A stretch of 37,453 bases of DNA from IMG/VR virus record IMGVR_UViG_3300037311_000047, positions 1 through 37,453 of that record; one strand, 5' to 3'. The notes beneath the pieces were generated by a model. The model was not told the DNA's origin, did not search any database, and saw only the letters and a list, made by a program, of their open reading frames with translations. The position numbers and the translations under genes are program-made. This DNA comes from a virus (lineage: Duplodnaviria; Caudoviricetes). This document shows, piece after piece, positions 8,123-17,240 of this stretch (positions are counted from its first letter, which is position 1; each line of letters begins with the position of its first letter).

Positions 8123-8497
8123 ATGCAACCCTTCCACAATCGAGCCACCGCCGATCTGGCGGACGAGTACGGCGCGCTGGACGCGCAGATCAAGGCGCTG
8201 TCCGAGCAGCGCGACGCCCTTAAGGACGAGCTCAAGGCCCGCCAGATTGAACGGGTGGAGGGCGTGTACTGGACGGTGACGCTCAGCGCTTCCACGCGCA
8301 CGACCTATGACGACAAGGCGATCCGCGAGGCCTTGGGCGCGGACATCTGCAAGACCTATGAGCGCGTGACCGAGACGGTGACGCTGCGCGTCAAGCCGAC
8401 CGTCATGTTTCAGCCCTGCGAGGCGAGTGACCCCATTATCCAGCAGCTCACGGCCGCGATGCGCGAGGCCGATGCCCGTACCGGGAGGGCCGCGTGA
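8123..8497 (+). CDS. Hypothetical early protein with N-terminal coiled coil
   Basis: GAGAGAGGTG RBS; first gene after the promoter. Confidence 0.7.
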   Translation: MQPFHNRATADLADEYGALDAQIKALSEQRDALKDELKARQIERVEGVYWTVTLSASTRTTYDDKAIREALGADICKTYERVTETVTLRVKPTVMFQPCEASDPIIQQLTAAMREADARTGRAA

Positions 8498-8679
8498 TGA
8501 ACCGCGCCCTCTTTTCCCATCGTCCGACCCCGCTCACGCCCGAACAGCGCGCCGAGGCGCGCACGGCGGTCTATGCGCTTGCCGCCGTGTTCGAAGCCAT
8601 GGGCCGCCGTGAGAGGCCCATCGACGGCATCGTCCGCCGTGCGAAGGGGCAAGAGAAGCGCGAGGGTGGCCAGTCATGA
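8494..8679 (+). CDS. Hypothetical protein
   Basis: 61 aa, coupled on both sides. Confidence 0.55.
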   Translation: MMNRALFSHRPTPLTPEQRAEARTAVYALAAVFEAMGRRERPIDGIVRRAKGQEKREGGQS

Positions 8680-10337
8680 CCACGCTGCGCCCCTATCAAT
8701 CCGAGGCGATTGCCGCCGTGCATGCCTATTGGCGCGAGGGCGGCGGCAACCCCCTCGCCGACCTCGCCACGGGCACGGGCAAGAGCGTGGTCCTGGCCCA
8801 GATCATCCGCGACGTGGTGGAGGCCTATGACGCGCGCGTCCTGGTGCTCACCCATGTGAAGGAGCTGGTCGAGCAAGACTTGCGCGCCACGCTCAGGTTG
8901 TGGCCCGCCTGCCCGGCCGGCATCAACAGCGCCGGCCTTGGCCGCCGCGACCGGCGCGCGCAAGTTCTGTTCGCGTCGATTCAGTCCGTCCACCGCGAGG
9001 ATGCGCACAGCCTCGGCAAGCGCCAGCTCGTCATTATCGACGAGGCGCATCTCGTGCCCAAGGCCGGCGATGGGATGTATCTCAAGCTCCTGTCGCGGCT
9101 GCGCGAGGGCGAGCCGGACATGCGCGTCCTCGGCCTCACCGCCACGCCCTACCGGCTGGACAGCGGCCGGCTGGACGATGGCGAGAGGCGCATCTTCGAC
9201 CGGATTGTCTACTCCTACGGGATCGGCGAGGGCGTGCGCGACGGCTATCTCTCGCCGCTCACCGCCCGCGATGGCGCGGCCGGGCAAATCGATGCGCGCG
9301 CCATCGCCAAGCGCGGCGGCGACTTCGTGGCGGAGGCGCTGCAAAGCGCGGCGCGGCAGGGCGGCCTTGTCGAGCAGGCCTGCGCCGAGATCGTGGCGCG
9401 CGGCGCGGATCGGCAGGGATGGATCGCGTTTTGTTCCGGCGTCGACCACGCGCAGGAGGTGTCCGCTACCTTGCGCTGCATGGGCGTCGCCGTCGCGTGC
9501 ATCACCGGCGACACGCCGCGGGAGGAGCGCGACCGGACCATCCGCGCCTTCAAGGCGCGCGAGCTGCGCTGCCTCACAAATTTCGGCGTGCTGACGACGG
9601 GCTTCGACGCGCCGCATGTGGACCTGATCGCCATGCTCAGGCCGACGCTGTCGACCGGGCTCTATGTCCAGATGCTTGGCCGCGGCACGCGCCTCGCCGA
9701 GGGCAAGGACAACTGCCTCGTGCTCGATTTCAGCGGCAATGTGCGCCGCCATGGCCCGGTCGACGCGATCGAGATCAAGGGCGCGCCGGGATCGTCGGCC
9801 AAGACGGAAGCCACCAAGGAGGACAGCGTCAGGGCCAAAGCTTGCCCTGAATGCGGATCGCTCGCCGGCCTGCGCGCGCTCGAATGCGATGATTGCGGCT
9901 ATCAGTGGCCGACGATGCCGCGCCATGAGCGGCAGGCGGACACCAAGGCCGCCGTCATGGCCCGCGATATCGAGGCGGAATGGCATGCGGTCGCCGGCGT
10001 GCATTTGCGGCGTCATGTGAGCGTCGCCACCGGCAACGTGACCATGCGCGTCGATTACCTTGTCGGCCTCACGATCTATCAGGAATGGCTCAGCTTCGAG
10101 GGCCAAGGCCGCGCCCGCGACTTCGCCCGTGCCTGGTGGTCCGCGCTCATGGGCGGCGCGCGCCCCGACAGCGTCGATGACGCTTTGGCGCTGTCCATTA
10201 ACGTTACCGCCCAGATCGAGGCCATTCGGGTTCGGCGCGACGGGAAATATTGGCGCGTTGTGGCGCGACGCCGGCCCGACGGCCGCGTGCTTGGCGAGAC
10301 GGGCATCCTGAGCGCACCCGCGCGGGAGGCCGCGTGA
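8676..10337 (+). CDS. SF2 DEAH helicase (RadD/YejH-like) with C-terminal zinc finger
   Basis: LRPYQ, ATGTGKS, DEAH, GLTATP, LTTGFD, QMLGRGTR, CPEC...CDDC. Confidence 0.92.
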   Translation: MTTLRPYQSEAIAAVHAYWREGGGNPLADLATGTGKSVVLAQIIRDVVEAYDARVLVLTHVKELVEQDLRATLRLWPACPAGINSAGLGRRDRRAQVLFASIQSVHREDAHSLGKRQLVIIDEAHLVPKAGDGMYLKLLSRLREGEPDMRVLGLTATPYRLDSGRLDDGERRIFDRIVYSYGIGEGVRDGYLSPLTARDGAAGQIDARAIAKRGGDFVAEALQSAARQGGLVEQACAEIVARGADRQGWIAFCSGVDHAQEVSATLRCMGVAVACITGDTPREERDRTIRAFKARELRCLTNFGVLTTGFDAPHVDLIAMLRPTLSTGLYVQMLGRGTRLAEGKDNCLVLDFSGNVRRHGPVDAIEIKGAPGSSAKTEATKEDSVRAKACPECGSLAGLRALECDDCGYQWPTMPRHERQADTKAAVMARDIEAEWHAVAGVHLRRHVSVATGNVTMRVDYLVGLTIYQEWLSFEGQGRARDFARAWWSALMGGARPDSVDDALALSINVTAQIEAIRVRRDGKYWRVVARRRPDGRVLGETGILSAPAREAA

Positions 10338-10642
10338 TGACCAAAGTCATTCCCTCCAAATCCCTCACCCTGAGCATCGCGGCGGAGGTGTCGCGCGAGC
10401 GCGGCATCGGCATCAAGGACATCCTGTCGCGATCGCGCCGCAGGGCCACCGTCGCCGCGCGAGTTGAGGTGATCAGACGCCTCTACGCCGCCGGCAACGG
10501 GCTCTACTCGACCACCGGCATCGGCAAGGCCGTCGGCCTCACCCACACGACGGTGATCTACTGGATTTCCGAGGAGCGCTATCGATCGGCGCGCATGCGC
10601 GCCATGCGCCATCGGTGGGAGGCTCGCCATGTCGGAGCTTGA
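10337..10642 (+). CDS. DnaA C-terminal-like HTH protein
   Basis: DILSRSRRRATVAAR...STTGIGKAVGLTHTTVIY resembles the DnaA domain IV signature; ATG overlaps the helicase stop. Confidence 0.7.
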   Translation: MTKVIPSKSLTLSIAAEVSRERGIGIKDILSRSRRRATVAARVEVIRRLYAAGNGLYSTTGIGKAVGLTHTTVIYWISEERYRSARMRAMRHRWEARHVGA

Positions 10643-12029
10643 GCGCTACCGGGCCCTGTGCGCCACCAAGCGCGCCACGCCTGTCCTGGCCGGCATCCGC
10701 CGCACGCCGGAGCTGTCCGATGGGCTGTTCGACCACCAGCGCCACGGCGTCGAATTCGCGCTGCGCGCCGGCCGATCCGCGCTCTTTTACGACACCGGCC
10801 TCGGCAAAACACGCATGATGCTCGAATGGGGCCGGCACATCGTGGAGTACACGAACAAGCCGGTGTTGATGCTCGCGCCGCTTGCCGTCGGCTTTCAGCA
10901 TTTGGCGGAAGCAGAGGCCATGGGCGTCGACGCGACGCTCTCGCGCTTTGGGGCGACGCCATCGCATCCGCGCATCGCCATCACCAATTACGAGCGGCTC
11001 AAGGATATCGCGCCCTCGGATTGGGGCGGCGTCATCCTCGACGAGAGCTCGATCCTGAAAAGCTTCACCGGAGCGACCTCGCGCAAGCTGCGCGAGGCTT
11101 TTAAGGGCACGCCGTTTCGGCTGTGCGGATCGGCGACGCCGGCGCCCAATGACCATACCGAGCTTGGGCAGCACTCCGAATTCTTGGGCGTCCTTAATCG
11201 GACAATGATGCTGACGCGCTTTTTTCTGCATGACAGCGCGGATACAGGTGAATGGCGATTGAAGGGTCACGCCGTCCGCCCGTTCTGGGATTGGGTGGCC
11301 TCATGGGCGCGCTGCGTGTCGAAGCCGTCTGATTTGGGCTTTTCCGATGACGGGTTCGCGCTGCCGCCGCTGGATATCGTGCGGCGCGTGGTGGAAGCCG
11401 ACCGCACTCTGGACAGCGGCGCAGAACGGGACGGGCAAATGCGCCTGTTCCGCATTCCCGAAAGCAGCGCGACCGCGATCCACAAGGAAAAGCGCCTGAC
11501 CAATGAGCGCCGCGCGGCGGAATATGCCCGCGTCGTGGCCGACCACCCTGGCGAGCCCGTCTGTCTGTGGTGCGACACCGACTATGAGGCCGAGGCGATC
11601 CGCGCCGCCGTCCCCGAGGCGGTCGAAGTCAGCGGGAAAATGTCGGCCGACGAAAAGGAGGAGCGGCTCAACGGCTTCTCGAGGAGCCAAGTCCGCGTCC
11701 TGCTGACCAAGGCCAGCATCGCCGGTTATGGCCTCAACTGGCAACACTGCCGCGTCACGGCCTTTCCGGCAAACCACTCTTACGAACAATTCTATCAGCT
11801 CATCCGCCGCTTCTGGCGCTTTGGGCAAAAGCGCGCGGTGATCGGCTACGAGATTACGAGCGACACCGAAGCCGAGATCATCGTCAACCGCTCCCGCAAG
11901 GGCGGTGATCACGAGCGGATGAAAACCGAGATGGCCGCCGCCATGCGCCGCGCCGCCGTCGAACACGCCACCTTGCACACCTATGAACCCCGACAGGAGG
12001 CCACGCTCCCCGCGTGGATCGGCCGATGA
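10629..12029 (+). CDS. SNF2-like helicase/ATPase
   Basis: DTGLGKT, ITNYERL, ILDESS, SATPAPND, GYGLNWQ, QLIRRFWRFGQ. Confidence 0.88.
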   Translation: MSELERYRALCATKRATPVLAGIRRTPELSDGLFDHQRHGVEFALRAGRSALFYDTGLGKTRMMLEWGRHIVEYTNKPVLMLAPLAVGFQHLAEAEAMGVDATLSRFGATPSHPRIAITNYERLKDIAPSDWGGVILDESSILKSFTGATSRKLREAFKGTPFRLCGSATPAPNDHTELGQHSEFLGVLNRTMMLTRFFLHDSADTGEWRLKGHAVRPFWDWVASWARCVSKPSDLGFSDDGFALPPLDIVRRVVEADRTLDSGAERDGQMRLFRIPESSATAIHKEKRLTNERRAAEYARVVADHPGEPVCLWCDTDYEAEAIRAAVPEAVEVSGKMSADEKEERLNGFSRSQVRVLLTKASIAGYGLNWQHCRVTAFPANHSYEQFYQLIRRFWRFGQKRAVIGYEITSDTEAEIIVNRSRKGGDHERMKTEMAAAMRRAAVEHATLHTYEPRQEATLPAWIGR

Positions 12030-12217
12030 CTGAGCATGAACGCCTCACAAAAGTGGAAGCGGCTTTGCGCGATTTCTTCCATCGCGAGGGTTGGTCGCTC
12101 GACAGCTCGACAGCCTGCCAGACAGTTCATGATGCCATTGGGCGCGAGCTTTTCGAAACCGACATCGACCTCGCCGCGCTCGCCAAGCACCTCGTCCGCG
12201 AAGGGATCGTAAAATGA
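12026..12217 (+). CDS. Hypothetical protein
   Basis: MTEHERL..., 63 aa, ATGA-coupled on both sides. Confidence 0.6.
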   Translation: MTEHERLTKVEAALRDFFHREGWSLDSSTACQTVHDAIGRELFETDIDLAALAKHLVREGIVK

Positions 12218-13152
12218 CCCTGCATGTCTTTGCCCAATCCCATGGCGAGCGCTTCGCCGCCTATAATGTCGACACCGTGGAATTCACGGCCGGGTTGCCG
12301 GACAATTCAATCGACCTGAGCGTCTACTCGCCCCCGTTTGCGCATCTGTTTGTTTATTCCGAAAATGAGCGGGATATGGGCAACGTGGCCGACTACGACG
12401 AGTTCGGCCGCGCCTATCAGCCGTTGGTCGCGAGCCTGCTTCGCGCCACGAAGCCCGGCCGCCTGACGGCCGTCCACTGTTCCGACATCCCGACGACGAA
12501 AAGCAAGGACGGCGTGATTGGCCTCTATGATCTGCCCGGCAAGATCAGGGAAGTTCACGAGGCGGCGGGCTGGGTCTACGTCAGCCGTATCACGATCTGG
12601 AAGTGCCCAGTTACCGAAATGACGCGCACCAAGGCGCACGGGCTGCTCTACAAGACATTCCGCACCGACGCGAGCCGATGCAGGACCGGCATGCCGGACT
12701 ACATCATGGTGTTCCGAAAGCGCGTCGACGGCAAAACAGACAAGACCCCTGAGCCCGTTTTACACGACGAGAGCGCCTATCCCGTAGAACGCTGGCAGGA
12801 GCTCGCGTCGCCCGTCTGGATGACCATCAGCCAGACTAACGTGCTGAACGTGAAAATCGTTCGTGATGATAGGGACGAGCGCCACCTCTGCCCGTTGCAG
12901 CTGGACGTGATTGAGCGGCTGGTCACGCTCTACAGCAACCCCGGCGATACGGTTTATTCCCCTTTCATGGGCATCGGCTCGGAAGGATATCAGTCACTAC
13001 GAATGGGTCGGCGCTTCATCGGAACTGAGCTGAAGAGCGCGCACACCAACAATGGCAAACCATCCTATTTCGAGCAGGCGGTCATCAACTTGCTTCAAGC
13101 CGAGCGTGAGGGGCCGACGGCCGATCTGTTTGCCGATGGGAGGGCCGCATGA
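12214..13152 (+). CDS. DNA amino-methyltransferase (N4-C/N6-A, beta class)
   Basis: Catalytic SPPF motif N-terminal and SAM-binding SPFMGIGS motif C-terminal; HLCPLQ; FIGTEL. Confidence 0.9.
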   Translation: MTLHVFAQSHGERFAAYNVDTVEFTAGLPDNSIDLSVYSPPFAHLFVYSENERDMGNVADYDEFGRAYQPLVASLLRATKPGRLTAVHCSDIPTTKSKDGVIGLYDLPGKIREVHEAAGWVYVSRITIWKCPVTEMTRTKAHGLLYKTFRTDASRCRTGMPDYIMVFRKRVDGKTDKTPEPVLHDESAYPVERWQELASPVWMTISQTNVLNVKIVRDDRDERHLCPLQLDVIERLVTLYSNPGDTVYSPFMGIGSEGYQSLRMGRRFIGTELKSAHTNNGKPSYFEQAVINLLQAEREGPTADLFADGRAA

Positions 13153-13373
13153 ACTTGACCAAGGATGCCCAGCCGCTCGCCATCGGCGACCGCTATCTGA
13201 TCTTTCCCGGTGGCGCGCTTTATGACCGCGTGAGAGACGTGGCCCAAGGCGAGACGGTGACCACGCGCTGCGGCATGACGCTCAGGCTTGACGAGCGCCG
13301 CCGCTGCGGCGCGCTCGAGTTCGTGGTGATCGGCCTTGGCGCTCCGCCGCCCGATGAGGATGACGGAGCATGA
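13149..13373 (+). CDS. Hypothetical protein
   Basis: 74 aa, coupled on both sides. Confidence 0.55.
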   Translation: MNLTKDAQPLAIGDRYLIFPGGALYDRVRDVAQGETVTTRCGMTLRLDERRRCGALEFVVIGLGAPPPDEDDGA

Positions 13374-13819
13374 GCGCCGCTCTCCCCGCCATCATCATGC
13401 AGCGCTCGGCGGAGCCCGTGACGTGCATGGCCTGCGGCCGGCAATCGATCGGCCTTGGCGTGCATGAGGCCAAGAAGCCGCCGGGCGACACGCCGCGCGC
13501 CTGGACCTGCGACAACCCCGACTGCATCGAGGCGACGCGGGTGATGGTGCGCAAGCCGCTCGCCGGCCTCAATGCCTATGAGGTGCGGGCGCTCGGAGAG
13601 GCGGCCAAAGTCGTCGCTGACGACGCGCTGCGCGCCTGCATGGAAGCGCTCTATGAGAGCGGGGCGCGCGATCTCGACGCGCTGACGGCGGAACAGGTCG
13701 ACCTCGCGCTTGAGCGCCTGATCGTCAACGGCGCGCTGGCGGAGCTGATCAAGCAGGCGCTGGCGACGTTCGGCCGCCAGCTTCGAAATGATGTCCTGAA
13801 CAGCAACGCCCCTTTCTGA
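13370..13819 (+). CDS. Zn-binding hypothetical protein (DUF6511-like) upstream of the primase
   Basis: CMAC...CDNPDC followed by a helical domain; C-terminal APF. Confidence 0.6.
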   Translation: MSAALPAIIMQRSAEPVTCMACGRQSIGLGVHEAKKPPGDTPRAWTCDNPDCIEATRVMVRKPLAGLNAYEVRALGEAAKVVADDALRACMEALYESGARDLDALTAEQVDLALERLIVNGALAELIKQALATFGRQLRNDVLNSNAPF

Positions 13820-13828
13820 GGCGCATTC

Positions 13829-16138
13829 ATGTCCACCGCAGCTCCATCGGCGGTCGCGCCCGCGATCTTGCGCCGTTCGCTCTGGCGTTCCGACTTTCGG
13901 CCCCTGGCCGTCTACGGACCCTTTGAGCAAGTTTCGTCGCCCGGCAAGCAGCCGGAGGGCGTCGGCTGGCAAGACGGCGCACGGGAAAGCCCGCCGCGCG
14001 TTCTTCGCGAGCCGATCAACCCAAGGGCCCTGAACACGGGCATCCTGTGCGATGGGCTTCGCGCGATCGACATTGACATTGACGATCCGGACCTTGCGAG
14101 CCCGGTGGAGGATTTGGCGCGGGCCATGTTGGGCGACGGCCCGGTGCGTGAGCGCTCGAACAGCGGCAAGCGCCTGATCCTCTACCGGTCGGCGGATGGA
14201 GAGCCGGCCAAGCGGCACATCATGGGCCGCCATGGCAAGGTCGAGGCGCTCGGCCGTGGTCAGCAATTCGTGGCCTATGGCGTCCATCCAACTGGCGTGC
14301 CCTATGAGTGGCGCGACGGGCGCGATCCGGCGACCATCGTCCGCGACGAGCTGACGGCTGTCACGGAAGATCAGGTGACGGCTTTCCTCGAGAGGGCGGC
14401 GGTTCTGATCGGGCATGAGCCGACGCCGCCCCAGCCGCCGCGTGCAAAGCCCTCACGCGACGTCGCCGTCCCCGCCGCACCTGCGCCGCCGCCCGCCATC
14501 GGCGCGCGCGAGCAGGCGGCCTTTGCCGTGGCGCTCGACTCAGAGGTCACGCTGGTCGCGCAAGCGCCGCTCGGCCAGCGCAATGGCACGCTCAACACGG
14601 CCGCCTACAATCTGGGCCAGATGGTCGGCGCGGGATGGGGCGCGCGGGGCACGGTGGAAAACGCGCTCACGGAAGCCGCACTCGCCGCCGGCCTGCGCCA
14701 GCCGGAAATCCGCAAGACGATCGAGAGCGGGTTGCGGGCCGGCATCGCCACGCCCAGGCCGCCGCTGACGCCGCGCGCGGTCGCGCCCGCCACCCCGATC
14801 GTCACCATCAACGGGCTGACGGTGGATGGCGCGACCGGGGAGGTGCTGGCGGAGGAAGAGCCGGAGGAGGACGAGAGCGACGCGCCGCCGATCGACGAGG
14901 TGCTGACGCATGTGGGCGGCGTGCTTGGCCAGGTGATCGACTTCATCGTGGCGAGCGCCCGGCGGCCGAACCGGAGGCTGGCACTCGCCGCGGCGCTGCC
15001 CCTTTGTGGCACGCTGATCGGCCGGCGCATGGCGACGCCGACGAATGCGGGGACGCATCTTTACGTGATCGCGACCTACCCGACGGCGGGCGGCAAGCAA
15101 CACCCAATCGACGCGATCGACCGGCTCTTGCGCGCCACGAACTTGCACCGCCACCTTGGGCCGCAATCATTCATGAGCATGTCGGCGCTGATCCGGCACA
15201 TCCAGTCCAAGCCTCTCTCGATCTGCGCGCAGGACGAGTTCGGCGCGCTGCTCGCCAAGATCGGCCACCCGCGCGCGTCCGGCCACGAACAGGGCATCAG
15301 CGCCGTTCTCCGCACTGTGTGGGGCGCGAGCTTCAGCGCCTATCAGACGCCGGCCTACGCCAGCGCCTCGAGCACGGAAATTCTGGCGCCCGCGCTGTCT
15401 CTGTTCGGGCCGACGACGCCGCAGGAGCTCTATGCCGCGCTGACGGGCAAGGACATCGTGAATGGCTTCTTCAACCGCTTCCTGGTGATCGATGGCGGGG
15501 ACCGCGTGCCGGAGTGTGAGCCCAAGGCCGATCTGCGCAACCCGCCCGCCGCGCTCGTGGCCGGGCTAACGGCGCTTTATCTCGCCGGAGAGCCTCCCGC
15601 CGGCAATCTCGGCAGCCTGTGCAAAAACATCGCGCCGGACCCGCGCCCGGTCAGCGTGCCATGGGGCGACGCCAGCGCAGCGCAGGCCTATGCCGAGCTC
15701 GCGATCACGATCACCGAGCGGATGGACGCAGATCCTGAAAACGCCGCACTCCTCGGCCGGACGGCGGAAATCGCGTTGCGCTGCGCCACCATCCGCGCCG
15801 TGGGCGATGATCCGCAGCGGCCGCGGGTGACGCGGCTGCACATGGACTGGGGCGCGGCGCTGGCGCTACAATCCTCCGCCCGCCTGATCGGCGACGTGGC
15901 GCGCTACATGACCGACGCGCTCGGCGCGGCGGAATTCGAGCGCAAGCTCCTGTCGAAGCTCCGCGCTGCGCCAGGCAGGGCATTGACGCTTCGGCTTCTT
16001 CACAGAAGCATGCAGCGCCACTTTCGGTTCGCGAACGATCTTGAGAGGGCGTTGGGGGCGCTCGAGAAGAGCGGCATTATCAGGATTAAAGAGGACAAAG
16101 TGCCCGGTGGCGTCCGCAAGACGGTGATCCTGCTTTAG
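13829..16138 (+). CDS. Bifunctional primase-polymerase fused to a DUF3987-like helicase/ATPase
   Basis: N-terminal GILCDGLRAIDID, SGKRLILY and GVHPTG; RNGTLN linker domain; degenerate P-loop PTAGGKQ, QDEFG, GFFNRF. Confidence 0.85.
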   Translation: MSTAAPSAVAPAILRRSLWRSDFRPLAVYGPFEQVSSPGKQPEGVGWQDGARESPPRVLREPINPRALNTGILCDGLRAIDIDIDDPDLASPVEDLARAMLGDGPVRERSNSGKRLILYRSADGEPAKRHIMGRHGKVEALGRGQQFVAYGVHPTGVPYEWRDGRDPATIVRDELTAVTEDQVTAFLERAAVLIGHEPTPPQPPRAKPSRDVAVPAAPAPPPAIGAREQAAFAVALDSEVTLVAQAPLGQRNGTLNTAAYNLGQMVGAGWGARGTVENALTEAALAAGLRQPEIRKTIESGLRAGIATPRPPLTPRAVAPATPIVTINGLTVDGATGEVLAEEEPEEDESDAPPIDEVLTHVGGVLGQVIDFIVASARRPNRRLALAAALPLCGTLIGRRMATPTNAGTHLYVIATYPTAGGKQHPIDAIDRLLRATNLHRHLGPQSFMSMSALIRHIQSKPLSICAQDEFGALLAKIGHPRASGHEQGISAVLRTVWGASFSAYQTPAYASASSTEILAPALSLFGPTTPQELYAALTGKDIVNGFFNRFLVIDGGDRVPECEPKADLRNPPAALVAGLTALYLAGEPPAGNLGSLCKNIAPDPRPVSVPWGDASAAQAYAELAITITERMDADPENAALLGRTAEIALRCATIRAVGDDPQRPRVTRLHMDWGAALALQSSARLIGDVARYMTDALGAAEFERKLLSKLRAAPGRALTLRLLHRSMQRHFRFANDLERALGALEKSGIIRIKEDKVPGGVRKTVILL

Positions 16139-16153
16139 GCGCTCACTTATTGT

Positions 16154-16384
16154 TCACGGCTGCGGCAACGTGTGCGGTGGGCGGTAGCCGGCGAGCATGG
16201 CCTCGATGGCGACCGATGCGGGGCCGGTCGGCCCGTCGCCGCGCTCCCAGTCGCGAACGGTCGTTCCGACATCCCGGCCCTGCAGGCGGAGCGCGCGGCC
16301 CATCTCGGACATATGAAGGGGGCGGCCAAGCCCCCACAACAGTCCAAGCGTAGCGCGCGCGGCGCGGAGTTCATCGGGGGTCAT
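16154..16384 (-). CDS. Small HTH transcriptional regulator
   Basis: MTPDELRAARATLG...SEMGRALRL...TVRDWERG; last gene of the antisense cassette. Confidence 0.7.
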   Translation of the reverse strand: MTPDELRAARATLGLLWGLGRPLHMSEMGRALRLQGRDVGTTVRDWERGDGPTGPASVAIEAMLAGYRPPHTLPQP

Positions 16385-16385
16385 G

Positions 16386-16769
16386 TCAAGCGATCGGTTC
16401 ACGGGCCTCGGCCCGCTCAGCAAACTCATCGCCGCCAAAAAAATATGCGACGTTGCCGACGCCATGAAGCTCATAGGCGACATCGCCCGCCGAATACATT
16501 GTCGTCTCGGCTCCTGCGCACCAGTTGGCGTCGTCGTACCAGTCATAGAGTAAGATATCGATCATCTCGTCCTGTGCGATGAGGTCGAACTCCGGCATGA
16601 TGCCGAGAGCATATGCTGCCGCCAGCCGATGCGAGCCCTCCAGAGCCTGGAGATAGTCGCCGCAGTCGATGGCGCGAATTTTCGGCGCGCCCATGGCGAG
16701 CATTTCGGCCTTCACGGCTTCTAGCCTGTCAGGGCACGGGGCGTGTATCGCGTAAACTGATTTGGTCAT
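16386..16769 (-). CDS. Hypothetical protein with ParB/Srx-like motif and acidic C-terminus
   Basis: ALEGSHRLAAAYALG; GGAGACAGACA-ATG RBS. Confidence 0.65.
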   Translation of the reverse strand: MTKSVYAIHAPCPDRLEAVKAEMLAMGAPKIRAIDCGDYLQALEGSHRLAAAYALGIMPEFDLIAQDEMIDILLYDWYDDANWCAGAETTMYSAGDVAYELHGVGNVAYFFGGDEFAERAEAREPIA

Positions 16770-16806
16770 TGTCTGTCTCCATGAGGCGTCCGCGGGCGTG
16801 GCGTCC

Positions 16807-17112
16807 TCAGCCGTAGAGCGCGCCGTTGCGGTTATACATCTGATAGGCAAGGTTGCTGGTGGTGACACGGCGCTGCGGGCTGGCGGCGGGCTTCCGGGCG
16901 GCGGCTTCGGCCTTGAGGGCCTTGGGGTTGCGGCCAGCCACGATCTGGTAATGGTCGCCACGGAAGGTGAAACGCCCCTCGGCGCTCACAGAAATCGTCT
17001 TGGCCGGCGCGCCCACATGGTCCGGCGCGCAGAAGGCGGAGATGGCGTCGGCCATCGAGGCATATTCGCAAGCGTTGATCGCGGTGAAGTTGCAGGTGAT
17101 GTGGACGGTCAT
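16807..17112 (-). CDS. Hypothetical protein, first gene of the antisense cassette
   Basis: 101 aa MTVHITCNF...; same 19-nt translation start region as the next gene. Confidence 0.65.
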   Translation of the reverse strand: MTVHITCNFTAINACEYASMADAISAFCAPDHVGAPAKTISVSAEGRFTFRGDHYQIVAGRNPKALKAEAAARKPAASPQRRVTTSNLAYQMYNRNGALYG

Positions 17113-17159
17113 TGTCTGTCTCCATCGGAGTGGGGCGCTGCCCCGTTGCTGATGATGTG

Positions 17160-17187
17160 AATATACAGGAAAAATCTGTATCGTCAA
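17160..17187 (-). promoter_or_regulatory. Sigma70-type promoter with palindromic operator
   Basis: TTGACG-16 nt-TATATT on the minus strand; ATACAG-N7-CTGTAT at 17163-17181 spans the spacer. Confidence 0.7.
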
Positions 17188-17240
17188 CTCCGAAAATGCG
17201 AGATCAGATGAATTTCGGCGGGGTTTTTTGCGCCTCTATC

